Assembly: GCA_944381205.1 (NCBI GenBank)
Contig: CALWKG010000001.1
Coordinates: forward strand, 66,488 to 130,487
Source: an uncultured Clostridia bacterium
GTDB lineage: Bacteria > Bacillota > Clostridia > Christensenellales > UBA1242
Length of the DNA: 64,000 bases
Reading direction: 5' to 3'
The notes below the pieces were generated by a model. The model saw nothing but the letters and a program-made list of their open reading frames with translations, was not told where the DNA came from and made no database searches. Position numbers and translations under genes: made by a program. This document shows, one piece after another, positions 28,601-36,224 of the stretch (its first letter is position 1; each line of letters opens with the position of its first letter).

Positions 28601-28744
28601 TGTAATTGGGCCGTCTAAAAATTTAAACCTTTGATGTCCTTTATTTTTTTGGACTAATTTTTCAAAGCACTTATTGTCGTGCCAAAATTTTAACATTTCT
28701 TTTTCATTTTTTACAAAATCTGGTTTACTGCTTTCTTTTCTCAT
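25607..28744 (-). CDS. ileS: Isoleucyl-tRNA synthetase-like protein (type 2 architecture) with atypical catalytic signature motifs
   Basis: WCPRCGTSL, TTTPWTLSANTA (editing domain), VVHIAPGCGAEDF, DWNISRSRFYGLPLP, GADAIRY. HIGH, HGLP and KMSKS positions are substituted (see findings). Confidence 0.7.
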   Translation of the reverse strand: MRKESSKPDFVKNEKEMLKFWHDNKCFEKLVQKNKGHQRFKFLDGPITANNRCGVHHIWGRTLKDITIKYNAMKGRDQMYQNGFDAQGMWVEVNVEKELGLNGKPEIVKYGIDNFTNKCMERVKYFANEITNQSIRMGQWMDWKHSYFTNTDNNILAIWHFLKVCSDRGYIVKKNRPMAWCPRCGTSLSEHEMAGSYHDVTHTAIFAKFPVKDKDFKMLAWTTTPWTLSANTALAVNPDFTYVKVKLNETNDTIVLCKDTLKVVKESYTILDEFKGDALVGLEYETCFPELIEQQFKHTILLWDEVDSVEGSGVVHIAPGCGAEDFELGKKYNLKEYCPIDEQGVMLDNTGFLAGKKTVDVVDLVVNRLKQDGKLYYAHKYTHSYPYCWRCKTDLVYKLISTWYIALDDLRPQLLKAIDDVTFQPEYGKKRMTDWLNNMGDWNISRSRFYGLPLPFYVCQKCGKLHVIGSLEELTKLAVNPEAIASLPNIHRPWIDDIKIKCQNCGEVVERVKEVGDCWLDAGITPFSTKKYFEDKNFFNENFPSDYVCEMVEQIKLWFYSMLVMSVVLTGRAPYKKIVTHQYVKDENGEEFHKSGGNALDSDVVADKVGADAIRYLYAGANITNDMRFGFTLTDEAKRKLMNFWNGYVFYNTYACIDNPDVENFKLDYANLSLTDKWLLEKINQFVANSDKNYAENKSYLVVKDFENLVDEVTNFYIRVNRKRFWKSDNKNDQLTAYTCLYRALKAMLQVMAPIIPFMTDFIWQNLVRGSEKSAEISVLLSDFPSVDSNVLSSGVVEDVSIARNIIASALRLRNEKSLKIKQPLRTMFVLADDKTKKAITNLSDIIKDELNIKNIEFEENTNKFNIPYLSVNFKSAGAVLKGEVQALKNYVSGLNEAGMSALVEMYNKNQIEISQFGKLDASLFVLNLKPKQEFVVFSENNVTIVLDTTIDHNLMLEGAYRELVRTAQVLRKEADFNIEDRIEMDIVSTSPFIREVIDNFSDKIQQEALVKKFNQNIPAPDIEKEVDIMDNPVILKLKAIKKDG

Positions 28745-29247
28745 TTTTTCTCCCCTAAAACCTGAAATTTTTGTGTAAGTTTATTTATAACGTCAACGTA
28801 GTCGCTTTCGTTTTCAAAATTATTTTTATCTATTATATACGCACTGAACTTGCTAATCAAGATATAAGTTTTAGTATTATTTTGATAAATTTTATAGATA
28901 TGGTCATATCTCATTGTCCCTGCGGACAACTGCTCCCCTGACGGAAGATAAGTTTTAATTGTAAAAAACTGGTCGTCAAACTCGTAAATTTCGTAGTTAC
29001 CGTAAACTTTTTTGTGAGAATTTGTTAAGACAACTTTTAATATAAGCCCATAGCACGCAAAAAATATACCAATTAGTGCATACAAAACCCCGTCTATATA
29101 TTCCGCAATACAAAACATTGCTATACTACAAGCCAAAATTATGCCGGCGCATACGTAAATTACAATTAGGGCTTTGTTCCTTTTTAGGATAAAAGACGTA
29201 AACTCGTCCAGTAGTTTTTTATCATAAACAGTCTTTGTTGTAATCAT
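28741..29247 (-). CDS. Membrane protein, tentatively YcxB-like
   Basis: Two adjacent TM helices followed by a soluble C-terminal domain. ATGA overlap with the downstream ileS-like gene. Confidence 0.4.
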   Translation of the reverse strand: MITTKTVYDKKLLDEFTSFILKRNKALIVIYVCAGIILACSIAMFCIAEYIDGVLYALIGIFFACYGLILKVVLTNSHKKVYGNYEIYEFDDQFFTIKTYLPSGEQLSAGTMRYDHIYKIYQNNTKTYILISKFSAYIIDKNNFENESDYVDVINKLTQKFQVLGEKK

Positions 29248-29257
29248 ATTTACCCCC

Positions 29258-29989
29258 TTAGTAGTTTTCTATAATAGCATTCATATCTAAGATGTCGGCA
29301 ATAGTTACAACTCCTAGTGGACGTTCGTTTAACTCACCGTGTTCGGTAATTATAATTATTTGAAGCCTTCTATTTAAGTAAAAGTTATTGAGAGCGGTTT
29401 CAATAGTTAAATTTTTATCGCAAACTCGAAAATACTTTGTGTCCTCTATGGTGGACAAGACGTCAATAACCGGGGTGTGTGTTAAGTATTCTTCTATATT
29501 ATCACCTTGAAGGACCCTTTCCCCGATACTTTCCAAAATATTTAGCCCTATGGCGACGCCCTTTAAAGTGTTCCCGTCATAGACTGGGATATTTTTGTAG
29601 CCGTTTCTTGACATCAAGCCAACTAACTCTTTAAGTTTGATATTGCTACCGCATACCCTTACCTCGTGTTTACAGACCTTATCTAGTGCAAGTGGCGGGG
29701 TTGTGATAATTTTTGCAATTTTCTCGAAGTCTTCCACCACTTCGATATGAGGCTCGGCAATAACATAGTTTGGGTTTGTTTTATGGACGATGGAATTCCT
29801 AAGCCTGCCATAGTCTATGAGTTCGTCTTCATATTTTCTAACCACACTATTTAGCGGAACGGTTTTCCTTATTAAATCGGCATAACTAATGCTACGTTTA
29901 AAGCCATAAATTGTACGCAAGGCATAGTCTATTTGGTTATAAGCAGAAATAAATCTTTCTGCATTAGTTTTTTCGTTTTGTTTTGCCAT
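29258..29989 (-). CDS. CBS-pair domain protein with N-terminal helical domain
   Basis: Two CBS-like repeats (NIPVYDGNTLKGVA... and IIIITEHGELNERPLGVVTIADIL). Start set to the ATG preceded by GGAG; the track start is an upstream TTG. Confidence 0.65.
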   Translation of the reverse strand: MAKQNEKTNAERFISAYNQIDYALRTIYGFKRSISYADLIRKTVPLNSVVRKYEDELIDYGRLRNSIVHKTNPNYVIAEPHIEVVEDFEKIAKIITTPPLALDKVCKHEVRVCGSNIKLKELVGLMSRNGYKNIPVYDGNTLKGVAIGLNILESIGERVLQGDNIEEYLTHTPVIDVLSTIEDTKYFRVCDKNLTIETALNNFYLNRRLQIIIITEHGELNERPLGVVTIADILDMNAIIENY

Positions 29990-30063
29990 ATAAAAAATCT
30001 CCAAATCAAACAAATTTTAACATCTTTTTAGCAAAAAATCAAAAGATTTATATGTAATTATTC

Positions 30064-30092
30064 TTGATTTTTTAATTAAATTATCATATAAT
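30064..30092 (+). promoter_or_regulatory. Sigma-A-like promoter of the SRP RNA gene
   Basis: TTGATT, 17-nt spacer, TATAAT, about 7-9 nt upstream of the RNA 5' end. Confidence 0.5.
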
Positions 30093-30098
30093 GCGTTT

Positions 30099-30377
30099 TA
30101 GGAAGTGCTAGGCGGGGAGCCAGTGGTGCCCTGTTACCTACAATCCACTATAAGTAGGGCTGAATGTCTTGCTTAGGGGCAACTCTTGTTAAGCAAGCGG
30201 TATATGCTTTAACGATGAAGTTAAGGTCTTGTGCAACTTTTACCCACGAACCATGTCAGGACCTGACGGTAGCAGCATTAAGTGGACCTAAAAGTGTGCC
30301 ACAAGGAAACTTTAACCGAGTTAAACTTATATCATACTACTTGACAGATTGTTTCGAAGCAGAATGCACTTCCTACC
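30099..30377 (+). ncRNA. ffs: Signal recognition particle RNA, long Bacillus-type with Alu domain
   Basis: 5' GUGCUAGGCGGGGAG..GGUGCCCUGU..CAAUCC Alu-domain signature. Domain IV GUCAGGACCUGACGGUAGCAGC. 5'/3' closing helix taggaagtgc/gcacttccta. Terminator follows. Confidence 0.9.
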
Positions 30378-30388
30378 AAATTAAATAT

Positions 30389-30422
30389 AAAAGACCGAAA
30401 GTTTTTACTTTTGGTTTTTTTT
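30389..30422 (+). terminator. Terminator after the SRP RNA
   Basis: gaccgaaagt / tttt / acttttggtt followed by a T-run. Confidence 0.6.
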
Positions 30423-30651
30423 ATAAAAGGAAAGAAATTGTAATATTTTATTATGGACTGAGAAATAAATTAGTGCCTTGATAGAATACGAGTGTTATTT
30501 AGTTTATTTTCTTTAAAACTAGTATAAAAGTGTAACATTGTATATAGATTTCCCTTTAATTTAAAAAGTTCCTTTATTTTAAAACAAAAAAAAAGAGTTT
30601 TATCTCTAAAAAATAAGACTCCTTTTTTAAATAAAATAAACTTTAAAATGA

Positions 30652-32268
30652 TTAGTTTTTGTTTTTGGCTTTTGTTTTGGATTTATTAGTAATTTTTTTT
30701 GACGAATTTGACCTACTATTTTTATTTGATTTAGTCGCGGGGTCGTCTTGTGCGGTATTTTGATTAATGGTATTATCTTGCGAGTCAATGCTATTATTTG
30801 ATTTGTTTTGCTCATTGTTATTTGACGATATTTCGCTCTTATTTGACCCGCGTTCGCCACTTGCAAAATATGGTTTATCCCCGCTATTAGAAGGCGCTTC
30901 AATATAATTATCCCTTTCGACAAGGGCGATTAAGAAGGCTGAAATTACGACAAAAAATGGTTCGACATTTGGGGTTGGGTCAAAAATAGCATCTATAAAA
31001 GCCACCACATAAAAAGTAAGTACAAAGAATTTAAACGGATTAAATTTTTTGAATACTTCTATATACTTTTTTATATAAAAAGGAGCATTAAGTACTAAGC
31101 CGACTACACCCGTGCAGGTCAAAAAGTGTAAAACAAAATTGTGGGCATAAATTATGTTATACCCCATAAGATTGGCATCTTTTAGGGTTGGTAAAACTCC
31201 TTCGTAAATAAAACCCGCCCCGAAAATTGGATATTCCTTAAATTTATCCCAGCACCAAGTCCAAAGACTTTCCCTACCATTACCGGTAAAGCCCTTTTCG
31301 ATATAATAAGAAAACAGGCTATACAACTTATCAAAAAATATAGCACAAATAATAACTGCTAGCAATATAAGGACTCCAAATCCGATATATAGATGTTTTT
31401 TGTTGGGGGATTTTCTTGCCACAAGGAAAAAGCAAACCAAAAACACGATAGTTCCAATAAAAAGTGCAATTCTAGAATGAGTGAGAAATATTATTACATC
31501 AAAAAACAACGCAAGCAATATGTACAAGTAGTCATACTTACTTTTACTAGCAAGATAAAAGCATGAACAAATCCCAACTGCTATGTATGTAACCGCAGAA
31601 TTAATTTCACCCGTGCCGACAAAGATAATTTTGTTTTCAAAGGCGGATAAAATATCTTCTGCGGTTAGAAATTCTATGACGATTTCCAGTGAAATTGTAA
31701 GGGCTAAAAACATTATCACACGTGCAAAATATTCCTTAGCATTATCTAGAAAATTTAAGCAAAACCAATAGCCCAAATAAACGGCAAGACTAATTAACAA
31801 AACGGCAATAAAAGACACAAAGTGAAAATTACCTATTATTCCACCTAGCAAATTACCAATTAAAGCAAGTAAAAAAAAGTAAAACATTTTGCCCTTGGTG
31901 ACCTTTTTGCCATACTTAATTATTTGGGTTAAGATATAACTACCAAAGGCGATAAAAAAGCCCGCGATATACAAAATTAAAAAAATCCAAGCAACTGCCC
32001 CATACTTTACGGTAGTGACCATATAAGGTATAGAAAATACGGGCAACATAAAAGCCTTAGGTGAGTCTTTACAAAGCGAAAAGACTAGGATTTCAAAAAT
32101 TAAAAGCAAAAACATTGTAACATAAGGAAAATCTAAAACCCAGCCAAAAATTGTTAAAAGACATATCAAAAACATAGCATAATTGCTGTTTAAAAAATCT
32201 TTTAAAGCAGTTTTAAAATCTTCTTCTCTACTTTGTTTTACAGAGATTTCTTCCATTGCTATCCTCAC
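30652..32268 (-). CDS. O-antigen ligase (Wzy_C)-like polytopic membrane protein with Ser/Asn/Lys-rich C-terminal tail
   Basis: About 11 hydrophobic helices, an AHNFVLHFLTCTGVVGL-type motif, and a low-complexity C-terminus. Confidence 0.65.
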   Translation of the reverse strand: MRIAMEEISVKQSREEDFKTALKDFLNSNYAMFLICLLTIFGWVLDFPYVTMFLLLIFEILVFSLCKDSPKAFMLPVFSIPYMVTTVKYGAVAWIFLILYIAGFFIAFGSYILTQIIKYGKKVTKGKMFYFFLLALIGNLLGGIIGNFHFVSFIAVLLISLAVYLGYWFCLNFLDNAKEYFARVIMFLALTISLEIVIEFLTAEDILSAFENKIIFVGTGEINSAVTYIAVGICSCFYLASKSKYDYLYILLALFFDVIIFLTHSRIALFIGTIVFLVCFFLVARKSPNKKHLYIGFGVLILLAVIICAIFFDKLYSLFSYYIEKGFTGNGRESLWTWCWDKFKEYPIFGAGFIYEGVLPTLKDANLMGYNIIYAHNFVLHFLTCTGVVGLVLNAPFYIKKYIEVFKKFNPFKFFVLTFYVVAFIDAIFDPTPNVEPFFVVISAFLIALVERDNYIEAPSNSGDKPYFASGERGSNKSEISSNNNEQNKSNNSIDSQDNTINQNTAQDDPATKSNKNSRSNSSKKITNKSKTKAKNKN

Positions 32269-32362
32269 GATTATTATATATTAGATACTATTTTTTGTAT
32301 ATCACATTTAAGGGATTTTGGTATAAAATTAGACTAAATTTTACACTTATTTTATTAAAGCA

Positions 32363-33031
32363 CTACTTTATTTCCCAGTCTATTGGTTGCCTGCCTGTTT
32401 CTTCCAAAAACTTATTACAAAGTTTAAAGTGATTGCAACCAAAAAAGCCGTGTGTGGCAGATAGTGGGCTTGGGTGGGCGGCATATAAAACCTTGTGCAT
32501 ACTAAGGTCAATATCGCTAACCAGTTGCTTTGCATTTTGTCCCCAAAGCATAAAGACAACGGGCTCGTTGCGTAGTGAAACTAGTTCTATAATCTTATGA
32601 GTAAAAATTTCCCAACCCTTATTTTTATGGCTTAGACTTTTACCCTTTTCGACAGTCAAAATACTGTTTAAAAGCAATACCCCCTGCTTTGCCCATTTGG
32701 TTAGATTTCCGTTATTTTTAGGAACGTTGTATCCTAGTTCTTCATAGATTTCCTTAAAAATATTTTTTAGGCTAGGTGGAAGTTCTCCACTTTCCACCGA
32801 AAAGCACAATCCGTGGGCTTGTCCGTCATTAATATAGGGGTCTTGCCCGATGATGACGACTTTTACATCTTTAAATTTGGTTAGATTTAGAGCATTAAAG
32901 ACATTTTTATCTTTTGGAAAAATTGTCTTAGTTTTATACTCGTTATCTAAAAATTTTTGCAACCTTAAAAAGTAATCTTTACTAAACTCGTTTTTAAGTA
33001 GTTCATACCAATTTTTTGTAATATAGAACAT
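32363..33031 (-). CDS. ung: Uracil-DNA glycosylase
   Basis: GQDPY, LLLNSILTVE, HPSPLS motifs. Confidence 0.95.
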   Translation of the reverse strand: MFYITKNWYELLKNEFSKDYFLRLQKFLDNEYKTKTIFPKDKNVFNALNLTKFKDVKVVIIGQDPYINDGQAHGLCFSVESGELPPSLKNIFKEIYEELGYNVPKNNGNLTKWAKQGVLLLNSILTVEKGKSLSHKNKGWEIFTHKIIELVSLRNEPVVFMLWGQNAKQLVSDIDLSMHKVLYAAHPSPLSATHGFFGCNHFKLCNKFLEETGRQPIDWEIK

Positions 33032-33040
33032 TTTTACCCC

Positions 33041-33973
33041 TTATTTATTTGTTTTTCTTGCCAACAGAACATATTCAAATGCTTTGGTTGCGGCGATGGC
33101 GCCGTCCGAACAAGCGGTTGCTATTTGCCTTAAAGGTGTATTGCGTATATCTCCCACCGCGAAAATTCCGTCAATATTTGTCTTCATATTTTGGTCGGTC
33201 ACAATATAGCCCGCACTGTCTTTTTGAATGTCACCGTCAATCATATCTGTATCTGGACCCCTGCCAATGCAGACAAAAAGCCCGTCGACGTTTATGGTAT
33301 TTGTTTGCTTAGTTTGTTTATTAAAGACGTCTATACTTTCAATTTTATCCGTTCCGCTAATTTTTGAAACAACACTATTTAAGACAAGTTCGATATTAGC
33401 CTTATTTTTTACTTGGCTTGAAAGATATTTTTCCCCCCTAAATTCGTCCCTACGATGTATTAAATAGACTTTGCTAGCAAGGTTAGATAGATAAAGCGCA
33501 TCTTCTAGGGCTGTGTTTCCGCCCCCGACAAGAGCAACGACACTGTTTTTATACAAGGCGCCGTCGCAAGTGGCACAATAACTAACACCTTTGCCCATAA
33601 ATTGATGTTCGCCTTCTACATTTAACTTTCTGACACTGGCACCAAAGGCGAGTATCACGGTGTAGGCGGAATACTCGTTGTCATACGTTATTACTTTTTT
33701 TATTTTATCATTTGTTTGCACAGTTTTTACTTCTTCAAAAATAAATGGTACGTCAAGTGCGCTTGCGTGCTCAAACATACGAGTTGCAAGTTCTATACCT
33801 TCTATTTTAGAAAAGCCCGTATAGTTGGAAACTTCCGGAGTGTTGGCAATAGCCCCGCCCGGCATACCCTTTTCTATTATAGCGACACTAAGTCCGGCAC
33901 GTTTTGCATAAATGCCAGCGGTGATACCTCCGGGTCCGCCACCAATTATTAGTACATCATAAAAGTTATCCAT
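33041..33973 (-). CDS. trxB: Thioredoxin-disulfide reductase
   Basis: GGGPGG FAD motif, redox-active CATCDG, GGGNTALEDA NADPH motif. Confidence 0.95.
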   Translation of the reverse strand: MDNFYDVLIIGGGPGGITAGIYAKRAGLSVAIIEKGMPGGAIANTPEVSNYTGFSKIEGIELATRMFEHASALDVPFIFEEVKTVQTNDKIKKVITYDNEYSAYTVILAFGASVRKLNVEGEHQFMGKGVSYCATCDGALYKNSVVALVGGGNTALEDALYLSNLASKVYLIHRRDEFRGEKYLSSQVKNKANIELVLNSVVSKISGTDKIESIDVFNKQTKQTNTINVDGLFVCIGRGPDTDMIDGDIQKDSAGYIVTDQNMKTNIDGIFAVGDIRNTPLRQIATACSDGAIAATKAFEYVLLARKTNK

Positions 33974-34140
33974 ACTATCCTCCCAACATCTATTTTGTAC
34001 AAAAACGACAAAACGATATAACTACTAATAGTATATTTATTTTTGTGCAAAATGACAAGAAAAAAAATAAAAATTAAATTAAAAACATAGTTTTCTTGGT
34101 TTTTAACTTTTTTTAACTAATTCATACTCTTTTTAAGGAT

Positions 34141-34181
34141 AAAAAAAGAACATACTGAATATTATCTTCAATATGTTCTTG
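34141..34181 (-). terminator. Terminator after rpsI
   Basis: gaacatactgaa...ttcaatatgttc hairpin flanked by an A-run and a T-run. Confidence 0.6.
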
Positions 34182-34248
34182 ATTTTTATTTGCTATTTGT
34201 TTTTTATCAAAAAAGAAACTAGTATATTTGATAAGCAAATACAAAGCA

Positions 34249-34776
34249 TTATCTCTTTGAAAATTGAGGTGCCTTCCTTGCCTTTTTAAGACCGTATTTT
34301 TTCCTTTCCTTCATTCTAGAATCCCTGGACAAGAAGCCTGCTTTTTTAAGTTCTTGCTTATAGATTTCGTTTTCTTTAACAAGAGCGCGGGCGATGCCGT
34401 GTCTTATTGCACCTGTTTGACCTGTGTAGCCACCGCCGTAGACATTTACAATAACGTCGTATTTATCGTTTGTATCTGTCAATACAAGTGGTTGGCGAAC
34501 GATTAATTTAAGAGTATCAAGATTAAAGTAATCGTCAATATCCCTGTCGTTGATTATTATTTTACCTGTGCCTGCGACCAATCTTACACGAGCAACAGAT
34601 TGTTTTCTTCTACCGGTAGAGATTTTATTTTCAGGTTTTACTTTTGATTTTTTGTGAAGTCTGACAAGCGGTTTTTTAACTTCGTTTAATTCAACCTGCT
34701 TTTTGCTATCTTGTTTTTTAGCATCTTGTTCCTTTTTTGGAACTCTCTTTTTAATTTCCTTAACTTCTTCTGCCAT
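34249..34776 (-). CDS. rpsI: 30S ribosomal protein S9 with ~45-aa Lys-rich N-terminal extension
   Basis: [32 protein letters not shown]-terminal [12 protein letters not shown]. Confidence 0.95.
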   Translation of the reverse strand: MAEEVKEIKKRVPKKEQDAKKQDSKKQVELNEVKKPLVRLHKKSKVKPENKISTGRRKQSVARVRLVAGTGKIIINDRDIDDYFNLDTLKLIVRQPLVLTDTNDKYDVIVNVYGGGYTGQTGAIRHGIARALVKENEIYKQELKKAGFLSRDSRMKERKKYGLKKARKAPQFSKR

Positions 34777-35219
34777 TATTCTCTTGCTCCTTTAATTGAG
34801 ATTAACTCTGGTTTTTGAGCCTCGTGGTTATGATTTGCATCTTTATAAACTCTTAACTTTTTAATCATCTTTGCTCCAAGAGAATTTTTAGGTAGCATAC
34901 CCTTAACTGCTCTTATGACTGCAAAGTCTGACTTCTCTTTAAGAAGTTTGTCATAACCTACTTCTTTAAGTCCGCCAACATAACCACTATAATGGTAATA
35001 CTTTTTGTCCTTTAACTTGTTGCCTGTTAAAACAACTTTGTCGCTATTAATAACTATAACGTGATCTCCTGTATCTACGTGTGGGGTGAATTCTGGCTTA
35101 TTTTTGCCACGCAAAATAGTTGCTACCTGACTTGCCAACCTACCAAGTGGCACATTAGTAGCATCTACGATAAACCATTTTGACTCCACAGAATGAGGTT
35201 TTGCCATAAATGTTTTCAT
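34776..35219 (-). CDS. rplM: 50S ribosomal protein L13
   Basis: KWFIVDA...[15 protein letters not shown] and Y.HSGY.GG pattern. rplM-rpsI synteny. Confidence 0.95.
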   Translation of the reverse strand: MKTFMAKPHSVESKWFIVDATNVPLGRLASQVATILRGKNKPEFTPHVDTGDHVIVINSDKVVLTGNKLKDKKYYHYSGYVGGLKEVGYDKLLKEKSDFAVIRAVKGMLPKNSLGAKMIKKLRVYKDANHNHEAQKPELISIKGARE

Positions 35220-35382
35220 AATTTCTCCCTATAAATAAGTAAATTCTAGAAGCAAAATTGCAAAAAATCTCTCCGGGCTAAAAGAAAGACCCCACAAATG
35301 CTCATAGCAAGACAATAATATATTCTAATAGGTTTTTTGTCAAGTGTTTTTTATATTAAAAATTATAAAAGTTTAAAAAATG

Positions 35383-36120
35383 TTAGTCATATTCCACATT
35401 TTCTAAATAAAGTCCACAAGGGGATACGGTTTTTCCCGCCTGTGCCCTGTTGCCACCATTTAAAAGTTCTTTTATATCGTCTAATGACAACTTTCCCCTA
35501 CCCAAAAGTAGCAGTGTTCCTACCAAAATTCTAACCATATTATACAAAAAACCATTGCCGGTGATATGATAAACTATATAGTCGCCTTCCCTTGTAAAAT
35601 ATGAAGAAAAAATAGTCCGAATGGTCGTTTTGGTGGTGGCATTAGAGCGGACAAAAGCGTTAAAATCGTGCGTTCCGCAAATCAAATCCGCGCCCTTATT
35701 TAGTAAATCAAAATCCAATTTATATGGGTAATATAATACCCTATCTTCGTCAAAGACAGAAAAATTTTGACCGTTATAAATTTTATAAACATAGGTTTTC
35801 TTTTTGGCGGATTTTCTACTATTAAAGGACAAATCAACCGCTTTTGCACTTTTTACCCTAATATCTTTGGGCAAATAAAAGTTAATGGGGATTTTAAGTT
35901 TTTCTACCGGGATAGTTGTATTGGTGAAAAAATTAACCACCTGATTATATGCGTGCACTCCCGCGTCTGTCCTACCGCTAGGGGTAACTTTTACCTTTTC
36001 GCTAAGTGCCAAATTTATTGCGTTTTCGAGAACTTCTTGTATCGATAAGCCGTTTTTTTGCCTCTGAAAACCCGCATAATTTGTGCCAATATATTCTAAA
36101 ACTAAACAAATGTTTTGCAT
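35383..36120 (-). CDS. truA: tRNA pseudouridine(38-40) synthase TruA
   Basis: YIGTNYAGFQRQ, GRTDAGVHA, FLYNMVR motifs. Start moved to MQNICLV. Confidence 0.9.
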   Translation of the reverse strand: MQNICLVLEYIGTNYAGFQRQKNGLSIQEVLENAINLALSEKVKVTPSGRTDAGVHAYNQVVNFFTNTTIPVEKLKIPINFYLPKDIRVKSAKAVDLSFNSRKSAKKKTYVYKIYNGQNFSVFDEDRVLYYPYKLDFDLLNKGADLICGTHDFNAFVRSNATTKTTIRTIFSSYFTREGDYIVYHITGNGFLYNMVRILVGTLLLLGRGKLSLDDIKELLNGGNRAQAGKTVSPCGLYLENVEYD

Positions 36121-36224
36121 ACAAATAATATAGTACAAATTTATAAATTTTCAAATAAAAATTGACAAAAATTAAAAATATTATCATACTAAATTTATAC
36201 TTTTTTAATAATTAGGAGAACAAA

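Noticed and set aside
29990-30100. T-box leader upstream of the CBS / membrane / ileS-like operon
   Set aside because: Only about 100 nt are available and they are shared with the divergent SRP RNA promoter. No specifier or T-box motif is visible.
30164-30481. 105-aa ORF in the 30.1-30.5 kb gap
   Set aside because: It lies inside the SRP RNA, whose conserved Alu and domain IV motifs explain the sequence.
36002-36187. 61-aa ORF overlapping the truA start
   Set aside because: It is in a different frame from a strongly supported gene and extends into the AT-rich promoter region. No RBS.
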